This document shows positions 43,019 through 55,285 of a stretch of DNA of 64,000 nucleotides, in pieces (the stretch's first letter is position 1; every line of letters starts with the position of its first letter). The DNA comes from Nymphaea colorata (Eukaryota). The stretch covers positions 40,610,001 through 40,674,000 of the forward strand of contig NC_045138.2 in assembly GCF_008831285.2 (NCBI RefSeq). Direction: 5' to 3'. The notes under the pieces were generated by a model that ran no database searches, was not told the DNA's origin, and worked only from the letters and a program-made list of their open reading frames with translations. The translations under genes and the position numbers were made by a program.

Positions 43019-44782
43019 AAAGAGAAATTGCAGAGTGGGAGAGGGAGATAACCAGGTTAAAGGCAGGTTTGTCCTTGTGTTATGCTAAGAACCTGCTAAA
43101 GTGGAAAGGCAAGAGGATCTCCCGTTTTCGTTGGACGAGGAAAGAAAGCAGATACTGGTGGTTGTTTTCATCAACACCTCAAAATCATGGAGAATTCATA
43201 GTAATGTAGATTTTATCCAGGCAATCAAACTTGACCTCCGAAATTAATTCAATCAGGCACGTAGGTCTCATGCACCTGAACCCAGATGGCGATCTCAGTT
43301 GTCCCAGATGCGTCCTAAATTTCTCTGGGAAACTGCATGAATGCCTTCTGCCATTTTCTCTGAATCCGTTCATGGACTGGTTCTTGCACTCACCTCTTCA
43401 CCCCAATTCTATCAAATAATGTCATATCGAATCCATATGATGGTTGTTCTCCAAGCAACGATCTTCAGCTTTTACAGAATAATATTTTGCAGATTCAGGC
43501 TCGCCATCTTCTGTGATCTTCTGTGAATATGGCATGACCAAGTTTCTGAACCTCGAAAACCAAGTGTCAATTTGGCTACTTCAGCTGATTGAAGGCATCT
43601 TCTCTGCAATTTTTGTGTACTACAAAACCAAGCAATCGATGAAGACTGAAAGAGCTGGCAATGGTTGGTGGTCAGAACAGGTATGCTGTTACCAAACCAT
43701 TTTGAATCAAAAAATGGAGTTCTAAGAATCTAAATACATGGAAGGCCGGATTTGGTTGAAACCATTGCAACCAAAGGAAAAGGAAATCGTCAGAACCATA
43801 TCCCTGACAGTTTAGATACCTACATCAATACAACATGAAAGGAACGGATGCTGAATTTGATGAGGACTAACAATATTATTGTCAGACCATGTTGCATCAA
43901 GTAGCCAACTTGTGGGCAGGATGCACCTAGATATCATCCTAATGCACCATGAAAGGAACTGCTACTGGATTTGATTATGTCCTGCCAAATTTTGTGCCAT
44001 TAACAAATCCTGTTGAGCAAAATAATGTTTTAGACAGCACCGACATATCCTCCCACCCAGATATGATATTTTCTTGATGACTTGTTCAATAGACGCACGC
44101 AAAAAACAGAAAAGCTAGTGCAAAATCCTGAAAAAGGTCATTTATTATGCATCTTCCTACCAGGTCATCCATCTCTGTGTGGTAATGAAACAGATGGCTA
44201 CGCGGCCATCCTTCCCCAACACTCTGCTGACTTTGGGTGGGGTGGTCCAGCAGGTGCTGCATTAAATGTATGGCCTTCTATAAATTCATCATTTACTGCA
44301 GCTGACAACTTGAATGTTATCACCATTCACAAACTCATTTCTGTCTTTCGGTTAAATGTTTAGGAATAAATTAGCCACTAAGTTGTTTAATGAAATCTCA
44401 TAGAGATATCATTGGACGATTTAATAAAATGATACAGAAATATCTTCAGAGTGTTTCTGCCAAGTATGTGACTAGCATAAGCTGCTAACATGATTAAAAT
44501 AAGTTAAAGATGAATTTGCCTTCAAAGCACTGCTAGCGCTGTGCATGAATTTATCAGAAAGAATAAGACAGGCATGAATATGTGAATTGCAGAAAACCCT
44601 TTAAATAAAAGTCAGTGGGTCAAGATAGAAGACCTCCTGATTCAGATCTTTGCAAGATTTGTGGTCTTAGCAGTTATATTAATATTTGGACCAAAATTGA
44701 GTTCTGATTTTCTTGTTTCTATCGTATTTTATGTTAGCAGTTAGTACGTTCTCCTGTATATATATAAAAAATAATTTTATTA
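43019..44782 (+). mobile_element. Possible highly degenerate LINE-like insert nested in the copia remnant
   Basis: Copia homology stops abruptly at 43018. The insert has a GA-rich 5' end, weak ORF1-like peptides, an RNase H-like TDGY...FGWGG peptide (~44190-44245) and an A/T-rich 3' end. Similar flanks TCATGTTGGTCA (43007-43018) and TCATGTTAGCA (44783-44793) could be a TSD. Confidence 0.3.
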
Positions 44783-45112
44783 TCATGTTAGCATGATCTA
44801 TTTATACTTAATTTTGCTACCTTTCCACATTCATGATCCACCCATGTTTGAGATTTATTCACATTCATCAGAGAATCCTCAGTAGTAACTCTCAAGACTT
44901 GGTAGAATGTGGCTTTAGCATCAAAACTAGTTGGAAAAGCACCTTTTGTTAGCAAAAAGCAGATTCCAAACATGATTTTGACAACCAGACATGTCAAAAT
45001 AAAGTACAAATTGATCTAAACATGACCCTTTTTCTTTCACAATAGTCTAACTCTGTTCTTATCATTATTTGTTCGTAGGAAGCAAGCTTTGGCGCTTCTA
45101 GAAAACAGTTAT

Positions 45113-45163
<51 letters not shown>

Positions 45164-45980
45164 CTATTATTACTTTGTCTACAATAAATTATTCAGGCTC
45201 ATGGGAGTTGCTTGCACAAGGTGAAAATGGCGGTCGTCCTAAAAAAATCTACATATTATACCAACTGGAACGAACTCGATTATGTCTTCAAAGATGGTGA
45301 AAACATGCATCATACTCCCTAAAAATTTGGAAAAGATAAATAGCAGGACAACCTTCGTGACTTAACGTGCGCGCACACGCACACACTGCGCTTGTGTGTG
45401 TGAGATCGGTGCACGGTACGAGTGAAGGGCCACGGGGGACATGGCCATTAACGTTCTTCATTTAATGACCAACAACCTACCAAAGGACAATGGGATCTCC
45501 ACGTTACGGACATCAAATCTCTTTGCCATACGAAACCAGACGGGTTGGAGTGGAATATCGTTGAATTTGACCCGGATTTAGTTAGTCGAGTTTGGTGAGG
45601 AAACCCACGTCCTTATTATTAAGAAAAAGGATCTATATTGCTGCATAGTCTTGTCACTGAATCTAAATCCGGGCTTCATCCAAATCCAAAATCGTCCAAT
45701 GGCTGGAGCACTACTGGGTCCGAAACGTTCAAGACGTCACCTGAGTTGGACCCGTTTATGCGGTGGGCCATGGCCACCGCCCTTCTAGATTTAGAGTAAG
45801 AAGAAATTGAAGGCTTGAAGCCCCTGATGCTGATAGCGTGTTTGGTTCGTTCCCGTTCCTGGAACGCGTGGAAAGAGGACGCCCTGTTCTCATATGTTCC
45901 CACGTGCTTCATCACAACGCGGCAAACCCGTCCCTTCACATTGTTTGCGTTGAGCCACATTCGCTGGAACGTAGAGCGTA

Positions 45981-46021
<41 letters not shown>

Positions 46022-46845
46022 AAAATTATTGTTTTTTTTTTAGTTATTTCAAACCAGTGTATGTTTATTGTTCAAATAAAATTTGAAAATAAGCTGATAT
46101 GTTTTTTCATATGTTTGCATGTGAATTTGATTTCATTTGAGAACCCAACATAATCTACATTTATTATAGTTTTTTATTTTAAAAATAATAAAGATTCATT
46201 GTAATTTGATATTGTATATTTATATTAGTCTAGCAAGCACCAATAACATGGGTGATCTGTCCTTGTTCTAACAGAGTGAGAGCCTTATACTAGTTGATGT
46301 ACATTGGTCGGTGCAAAACACAAATGCAGCCATAGACCCTGTTAGTAAGGAGAGAAGACTTCGGCTCTTGTCTATTGCAGCATATTCAGCCATTGTTTTC
46401 CTGTGGGGAACATGTGGATTCTGGCTCGTGCTTGACATCATTAAAGGTTTTAATCACGAATAATGTTGATGCAATGAATTATCAGTACCTAATCACTCGT
46501 TCCAAAACGGGAACGGTTTGTTCCCTACCAAACGAAAGTGAGATTGCTTTCACAAAACTTTTTTGCATAAAATAGAAGACCTTTTTCTTTTGGTCTTTTA
46601 CTTTTCAATTGAAAATTCAGTCAGATCCCCACCGGATTACTGTTCTATTGAGTCAGATCCCCACCGGATTACTGTTCTAATTAGAGGAAGCCAGTTTGGT
46701 GGATGACCTAACCCCTTTAGTTTAGATGGTTCTATAATGCAAATTCATTGACGCTGGCATATTCACCCACTCAGCAGCTTTCGATTCAAAAGACCCACTT
46801 TTTACGGCATACAAGATCGGTCGGTCCTCATAAGGATCTTTAGCT

Positions 46846-47862
46846 GCAGGAGCCAAACTATAATTTCAAAATTTTAACACTAATTGACTTTTCAAAATTT
46901 TTATGTAAATTAAACTAAAATTTTCAAAAATTTACATATAAATTTTTGATTTTTTAAAAAATCTGAGGTGGGGCCTCGGCCTCGGCCCCTGCTGCCCTGC
47001 CTCTGCCTTTGGCCCTGGCAGTAGCGGAGACACATGATGATTGTTGTGGGCAATTGTCTAAACCAGCTCACAAAATTTGCTTTATTTACAGATTATTATT
47101 TCATTAATTTTTACTTTTTTTTTAACACTCGAGTGCTCTTAAATTTAAAACAATAATGCCTTTAACCAAAAATTCCTGGCTTCGCCATTGATGTGGGGGT
47201 AAAACCTTGTTGTTTTGCATTGGAAGTAGTTTTGTGAAACTTATTTTGACAGGAATCAGATCTTGAGCATGGTTTACTTTCAGCAGCATAAACTAAAATC
47301 CTCTCAACTGCACCACTATGGTTGCTGACATAACAAGTCCAACGGATGTTGCCCATTTCTCTGTTGTTTTCTATGAAAAGATGGTGATGGGTGACAAACT
47401 ATAGTGATAACAATAGCTTAATTATATGTTATGAGATAAATTAAGTCATCCTGAAGGATCTTGGTTATGACTAATTGATCATATGCATAATTGCCACTTT
47501 TTTTTATGATTTTATTGAAACCCAAGGAACGGTCGGTCTTCAGTCTAGATGATCAAACAAGCACTCCACGATCAGAGGCTTGGTCCTCCGTGGCAAGGGA
47601 CAAGGATGCGAGGGTAACCCTAGCTCCACTTTGATTACATGCTAACACAATTCTTCGCACATCTACAAGGTGGGCTCGGGCTTAAACTCGAACCTTTTTC
47701 TATGGCTTGATCCGACATATACGAGTAAAGGCGTCGGGGCCATGGCCCTCTCTCATAAATTTATATGTAAATTTTTAAAATTTTAGTTTATGCTATATAT
47801 AAAATTTGAAAAATTATATGTTAGTTGGTGTTAAAATTTTAAAACTATAGTTTGGTTCTTGC
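46846..47862. mobile_element. MITE cluster: two inverted copies of one AT-rich element flanking a hAT-type MITE
   Basis: 46846-46950 (TGCAGGAGCCAAACTATAATTTCAAAATTTTAACAC...ATTTACATATAAATTT) is the reverse complement of ~47755-47862. Segment 47019-47190 has TIR-like ends CAGTAGCGGAGACA / TGGCTTCGCCATTG. Confidence 0.6.
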
Positions 47863-48296
47863 AACAATAAATTCTTCTTGGTGCTGCTCCTACGGACAGG
47901 ATGTGCTCATGTGTCAAGGATGTAGGTGTAGGTAGTCGCACCATCGGACCAAAAGGCTGCTAGGTTTAGCAGAATGGGGTCCTTGATTCACATGACCGCG
48001 CTGGTGGGGACTGGACCTGACTTGGGCCAAGCTATCGACTTGAAGTGGTGGGCATGACAACGGAACCGGGTTGTCCCAACTAGAACGGGACAAGGCCGGA
48101 CGCCGTCGAGAGATGACCTGGGAAGATTGGCCTCAATATTCTTGCCCTTTTGGGACGGCCTGTTCACGTGGAGTTCTTATTCTGTGGAGGGAGTGGTACG
48201 GGGGGCCTTGAGTGTTGAAGGACAAGAGAATAAAGTCGGATCGACCGGATACAGGTCAATCAATAAAAGCATGACAGCCTTGAAGGGTCCACACTT

Positions 48297-48297
<1 letters not shown>

Positions 48298-48329
<32 letters not shown>

Positions 48330-48341
48330 TTTCCCAATCTC

Positions 48342-48411
<70 letters not shown>

Positions 48412-48440
48412 TCTTTCCCAAACTCTCTTATATATATAGA
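48298..48440. repeat. Compound (GA)n/(TA)n microsatellite with a duplicated spacer
   Basis: (GA)n-GTCTTTCCCAA.CTCTCTT-(TA)n occurs twice in tandem. Confidence 0.85.
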
Positions 48441-51400
48441 ACAACATCTAAGGCATTTAGCTTCTTGCAAGTGTTTCAAAATTTAGAGGAATATCAATTC
48501 AGAACTTACAAATCTAATGTTAGTTCATGTTTATCGGGAGGTGCAGAAATTGGTCTGAAGTTTATAAAGACTTTTATAACACGATCTTACTCAAACATCG
48601 AACGCGATATATCTATATATATAGTTTTACATTCTTGAATACGATCCTTACGATCAGAATTCAGAAGAAGAAAACATTGAAAAAAAATTAAATGAATAAT
48701 ATGAAAGTGTGATTAAAATGCACCGAATCCTTGTTAGAGTTTATCAGATAATTAATATCCACCACCAACCGTCCAACCTCTTAACAAGTGGCACATCCAT
48801 TCCCTTACTTTTTGTTGAATCAATCTTTTTGCTGAGGTAATTAGGCGCATGCCTTGAAAGAAGGAGAAAGAAAAGAGTAACTTAGAGGGAATGGCAGATA
48901 CAATTTTTAAATATCGTGGTAGGATGGTTAACTGCTTACACTATCAATTGCATACAAGTCAGCCATGAAATTTTTAAAGAAACTGGAAAAGTAAAGAAGA
49001 AAGCTCGCTGGTTGTCATAAAGATTGGAATACGATTCCCACTTATTAGGACATTTCAACCAGCAGATTTTTGCTAATTCATATCTTAAGAAACTGCTTTT
49101 CGAGATTTTTTTTTCCCGATAAAAAGCATTATAAGAGGGTCTTGTATCTTTGCCTCGAGGAGTTTAGTATAGCTGATTGAGTTTGCATTGGCTAAATCAT
49201 ACATACATACGCCTCAAGAGTGGGAGTAGTAGTCTCAGGAGTCGTTTGATTACTTTAGATTTGAAATCCATTGATCTGACAAAGCAGATATGGTAAAAGA
49301 TAGATGGTAAAAATTCATGGTTAGTCAAACTAAAGGATCTTATGTCTCCGTATGTAAAATTCGAGAAAAGGTCTGATTTAAGATCGAAGGAGGGAATGAC
49401 TGGTTTTAAATCTACAGTTCTCAAATCATGAAGATTTTATATGAGAGAACTTTTACGTGATATAGTCTCTCAGTTTTCTTCATGGTAGCTGAAACTTGTG
49501 CCCATTTGGATCAATAAGGATGTGGTGAAGCTCGGCAAAATAGCCCCGTAACTTCAGGAGAAGTGTACATTATACCTATAACTACTAGATTTCTATTCAC
49601 TGTGTCCTTTTATCATTAAAAGACCAAAAGGACTTCAAAGTTGTCATTTACTTGGGAGGGAGAGTAGAAGAAATAGGAAAATAAGATGAAGTGACTCCAG
49701 GGTTAATGTCATTTGGTCGGATCTGATTGTCATTTTTGGCTGTATAGAAATTGATTCAGACCCCATTGAATGCGTTCAGCTGTCCCGGACCTGAACCATT
49801 TACACCCCCTATTGTTCCGCATGTTCCGATCGCGAAAGTGGGAACACAGAGCCTCCTTAAGAAGGAAGGACCAACTTAGATGGCAGCAAAAGACAGATTT
49901 CAACGCGTTTGAAATTGAACTGAGAGCAGGACACCACATTTCAGCATACTGATGAGATTATACAGACAACTTAAGTGAATGTCAGTGACTTTTTAATGTG
50001 AAATGATCTTTGATATTATGAATAATAACATAGGCAATGTTATGGCATCAAAAAACAAAATTGTATTAGAAAACATAATGGACCTACAAGGGCCTAACTT
50101 AACTAGTGTTTTACATTTGTATGTGGAACATAAATTCTGCATGGCATGTATGAGAAGTATAGCATATGAAGAGAGGGAATATAATATCTTAGGGTAGCTT
50201 GGTGAATTCTGTGAAAGAAAAGGCGACTGTGAGTTGTTTCAAAGCTACCAAGTTCTTGTTTGCAGTGAATGTGAGTTTAATTTGGATGTGATGTTTATAC
50301 GCCACCATTGCTAGGTCTCGCATTGAACACTTTCGTTTTACTTCTCATCTTTTAATGGATGATTTACTGTCTTTTTGCTCTTTTTCTTTTTTCCATTTTG
50401 GGGCCGATTTTGCTTTTGGCTTTGCCTTTTACCAGTTAGAAATCTTACAAGAAAGGCCAAACCAAAGATTGTAGTTTTGGCTTTAGAGGGTGTTTTTAAA
50501 AAGTTGGTCAGCAAAAAGAAAAAAAAGGAAAAAAGAAAAGCAATAAAGACAGATATAAAGTGCTTACATCTAAGTTGGGCATTAATATTTAATACCTTCC
50601 AAGAAAGGTGCTGGATTTGGTAAGAGAATGGTATGGGAAACCCTCAATTCTAATTTGAGCATTAATGCCTTGTAGGAAAGATGCAGGCTGGCCTTTTGCT
50701 TAGAATCCAAAAAACAAGCTCTTTCTTTTGTAATTTTTCAATAATGGCTGCACTTTATTAAAATCAATAACCAAGAGTTTGAAGTGAATTTCTGTTAGCC
50801 TGAGAAGTAAAAATGGTAACGCCAATTTTTTTAATAGTTTGAGCTATTGTTTATATTGAACAGAAGTTTATTTCAAGCTCTTATTTAACATTCTTTACAA
50901 AAACTGCAATTTTTCTTATATAAATTGCAAAGGATAACCTAAAAAGTAAAATCTAGGTCCACATATGAAAATTTTTCCATTTTCTATAAGCGTTTTTTTT
51001 ATTGAGGTCTTGGCCAAACACATGTATAAGAAATAAAAACCGATCAAAAGAGAAACATTGTCATTCTTTTTGTGGACTAGAAATAGGTCTATCTAACTCC
51101 TAATAAAATGTACGAGTTTTTTCCAAACCGGTCCTCACTACCCTTATTACAAAATAGTCTTTACCTAATGCAGTTATATATATAAATACCTACCTTTTGC
51201 ACTGTTAATGAACGCCGTTCCTTCTGTCAAAAGATTAAAGTTAACTTTGTTGTTATTATATCACTATAGAAGAGGATATTATAAACTTGTTTTCAAAAGA
51301 AATGTTTATTATGAGTGATTTTAAACTCCCCAATTGACATTCATACACTAGAGTTGTGCTCCACACTAGAACCTATATAAATGTACTTTGTTTATATTTA

Positions 51401-52515
51401 TTATACAAACAGGTAAGAATCTACATGAAGTACATTCCATTAAAACATACTTGGGACGAGTTTAGAAATGTAGGCTTTCCTTCTTGTGCTTATAGGTCTT
51501 TACAGCAACTAAAAAATGGGAGTTTTAAGTTGGTTTATAAAACATGACCTTTTAACTAAAGAATTTTAAAGGAGCATAGTGTAGCTGGTCGAGTTGGTAG
51601 GCTTCAATGCATCAACTCGATTATGATTCTAATGGACATGATGCTCTTCTTGAGATATATGGAGTTGAGCACCACACCAAATTGATAGTGCTTAGACGCC
51701 ACACCATACAACTATTTTCTTCATCATCCTGACCTGTCAGAGCAAGTAGATCGGTGTTCACCTAGGAAACTGTTTTTTGACAGTGAATAAAACGTTACAC
51801 ACTAATGTAAAAAGTAATTAGACAAGAACTTGTATAAGAAATTATACGTAAGTCCAGGGCTACCCAAGAAAACTAGTAACATATTTTAGTCTCCAGGAAT
51901 ATGACTGCAATTTTTCTGTCCTCTGTCGTTTGGCTGCTAGCAGTAAAAACAAGGTGGGTGATGGACATGGGGTTTCTATTGCGCGACCTAGAGTTTGTCG
52001 AATTCGAGGGGGCATTTTGGTCACGTAAAATATTGTTATCCACTGTTCCTGCTCTGCTCAAGGGGGAAAGGGAAAAGAAAAAGAAAAAAAAGGAAGAAGA
52101 AAAGAAGGAAGAAATTCCTGTTTGTGTTGGAGATGCAGATGGAATCTTGAGCTAAAAGAAAAATGCCTCCTTTTCCCCCTTTCATCAGCTGTTCTTAGTC
52201 TGTTACCTCATTGTTTTGGTATGTAAAAATGGTGCTTCTTTTTTCCTCTTTTCAAGCAATCCCAAGATACCATCTTCTTTTCTCTTCTTATTTTATGGAT
52301 CTTGGTGGCCCTCTTTTATTTCTGGCCTTCTTTTTCTTGCCTTTTGTCTTCTTATTATTGACAGGACTTGGAACTGTTTCTGAAGTTGGAATTGTTTCTG
52401 CATTCCCTTTTTCTTTCTCCTCCTCCTTCCAGGAAACCGCGTTTATGTTTTTTTCTTTTGTTGGTAAACTGGTAGAAGCTTCAGATTCAGATAAACTTTG
52501 GGGGATGATTCATCA

Positions 52516-55245
52516 ATGGGAGGAAAGAATAACTGCTTCAATCTTCTGAAGAGAAAGTTGTTTGGTTCAGGTGCGGACGTCAAGCCAAAAGATGTAAGAT
52601 TATGTGATTCCTACTCCGTGTTTTAATCATGGCGGCCCACTTGTTTTTTCTTCATTTTTTTCATTTCTCGATGTTTCGTTTCGATCACTGTCCTTGGTGC
52701 AGAATTGTGGGAAAAAGAAGGACAAGGAGAAGGGAGAATGGATTTCTGGGAGGTTAAAAACGAGCTGCCCACCTTCGATAAAAGGCCCAAAGCTGCTAAC
52801 GCCGCCAACCACAGTACTGGGTAAAACATTGACTGAAGCAGAAGAAGCACAGAGCAAGCATGCAGTGGCTGTTGCCATAGCAACAGCCGCCGCTGCTGAG
52901 GCTGCTGTTGCTGCTGCTCAGGCCGCCGCTCAGGTCGTTCGTCTAACTGGAAGTAGCGGATCTTACCACCACTTGGAGCTCTCGAGAAGAGTATCGGCTG
53001 CAGTCAGAATTCAATCTGCTTTCAGGGGTTACTTGGTCAGTGCCGCCGTCCACTTGTTTTTTCTCCTTTTGGTTTGTCCTTGCTTTTGGGGCTGAGACTT
53101 CCCAACTTAAAATTCTTAGCAAGCTTAACAGTGGATGCTTATTTGGCTTTAATTGGTCACATACTTTAAAATTATGGAATTCCCTTGGGATTGATGAGTT
53201 TAGTTATCATTTTTTCCCTTAAGATTGATGAGTTTAGTGACCATTTTTTGACACAAACTGTTGGAATTGGAAACACTTTATGCATATTTTTCCCGACCGA
53301 GCTCTCAATCTGCATGATATTTGGACTCCTCATTTTGCTTTTGATTGTCAAACCAGGCAAGGAAGGCATTGCGTGCACTGAAAGGATTGGTGAAATTACA
53401 GGCACTCATCCGTGGACATATGGTTCGCCGCCAAGCACAAAATGCTTTTAGGAGTATGCAGGCCCTTCAGAGAATCCAATCACAGGCATGTTTCAGAAGA
53501 GTAAAATTGACAGAAGAGAATAAGATCTCCGAGCAGAAACTGAAGGCACAAAGACGCTTTGAGGTAATGCGAGATGTGAAAGTCTAATCTAAGGACTGGA
53601 ATGAAGCGAATAATTTCTTTCGTACGTTATTGTGGTTATATATCTTTTTCTTGGATACCTTTTCTGAACCATAGCTGTATGAGCGTACAATTTTATGGTG
53701 TATACCTCTATGTGTTGCCCGTTTGTGAATGAGCATGTTTTTGTGAATCTCTTGCTTCCAGAGTTACTGTAATAGTTTTGGGCTTTTGGCGCATGTCTAG
53801 ATTCTTGATTTCCTGTTATTTTATAGATCTGTCGTCTATAGAAGGAATGATGCCTATGGTTTGATGTAGTAGAGCATTTTCTAGGCTTTACGACAGTCTG
53901 AACACACATAAGATGAGAGCCCTAAGATTTTGAGGGACATGGCTGATGGGTTGTTGTGATTCATGGTCACGGTCTCCTCCACAATCTCTTGATCTACTGC
54001 AACTGACTCTGGTTTGAGATTACATGTGCAATAGATGTTTTGCTCTATTATGATGCTTACGTTATAGGATTCATGTTATGCTGTTGCATATTAAATTGCG
54101 AGTACCATGCTTGGACAATTACCTAGGTCAATCAATTCACAACCACAAATTGTGCTTCCTATTTTTGCTTGCAAATCTTATAATGGTTTTAACGCATTCA
54201 TCAGTGAAGAAGATTTTTGCATATTTTAGTCATCGCAGACCATGTTAAAACCAAAAACCTAGGTTATTGATTAATTCGTCAAATTTTAATACTTCCAAAA
54301 ATGAAATATGGGCTTTTCCCCCGTTCTTCTTTATTCAATATTAGAAAGAAGGTTGATGAATAGAGATGTTTATAACCAGCCGTTTTTTTTCTTGGTATTT
54401 TTTAAAGCAACGTTCAATTACTATTATTTACTATTTTTCTTACGAAAGTTGATAAAAATTCAAAAAAGCTTTTAAAATGTTGGAAGAAACCTCAAAAAAT
54501 TTAAGATAGGACATAGGTTAAAAGCACTTTTTGCTGAAAAAGGAGGTGAAAAAATTGCAAAAGCACAATAAAAGCATGATATTTCCATTTTGCATTTCTT
54601 TCTGAATATCATAATTTTTCATGTTCTTTCATTTTCTTTATTCCCCCTTTTCTTTTGTTGTGTTTCTTTGAAGAAAAAAGCAGATATTTACGTCAGTGGT
54701 TCTAACCATGCAGCCATTCTTTCAATTGCATTTGACTCTTTAAGCTAGTTATGTAACTTCCAAAGTAACGTTTAAAGCTTACCTTTGGGCCCCAACTAGG
54801 CTGACCAATCCTGCGGAGAGACTGACTAGGCCTTTCAGGGCCTTCTCACCCTGGCACTGACGCTTTTGACTACTCAAGTCTTAAAATGGAAAATTCATGC
54901 TCAGTCATTGTTTGGTCTGAGTTCTGTATGTTGGGAAGGATTCTCAAGCTATTTATTTGTGTGCAATTTCTCCTTAGTTTGTCTATGCATCTAAATTAGG
55001 AATCTTTTAGATGCTACTTTTTCGATAGCATCTTAGCCTCCTTTATTTCTCTGTATTTACCATTATCTTATGTTAATATAACACTTGGATCATGGTCATT
55101 GTTTATTAGAATTATGGATGCTAAAATGAAGGGAGATAGTATGATACGCTATGTCACATGAGTGTGGGTACATGTGCAGACAACCGGTGCATATGTGGAT
55201 ACCAGTGTGAAGCATTTTCTGAAAACATGGGTGCCGACATGTGGC

Positions 55246-55285
<40 letters not shown>

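Noticed and set aside
53507..53520. TTGACAGAAGAGA resembling the 5' part of miR156/157
   Set aside because: It is only a ~13-nt match inside IQD coding exon 3, with no hairpin or star arm.
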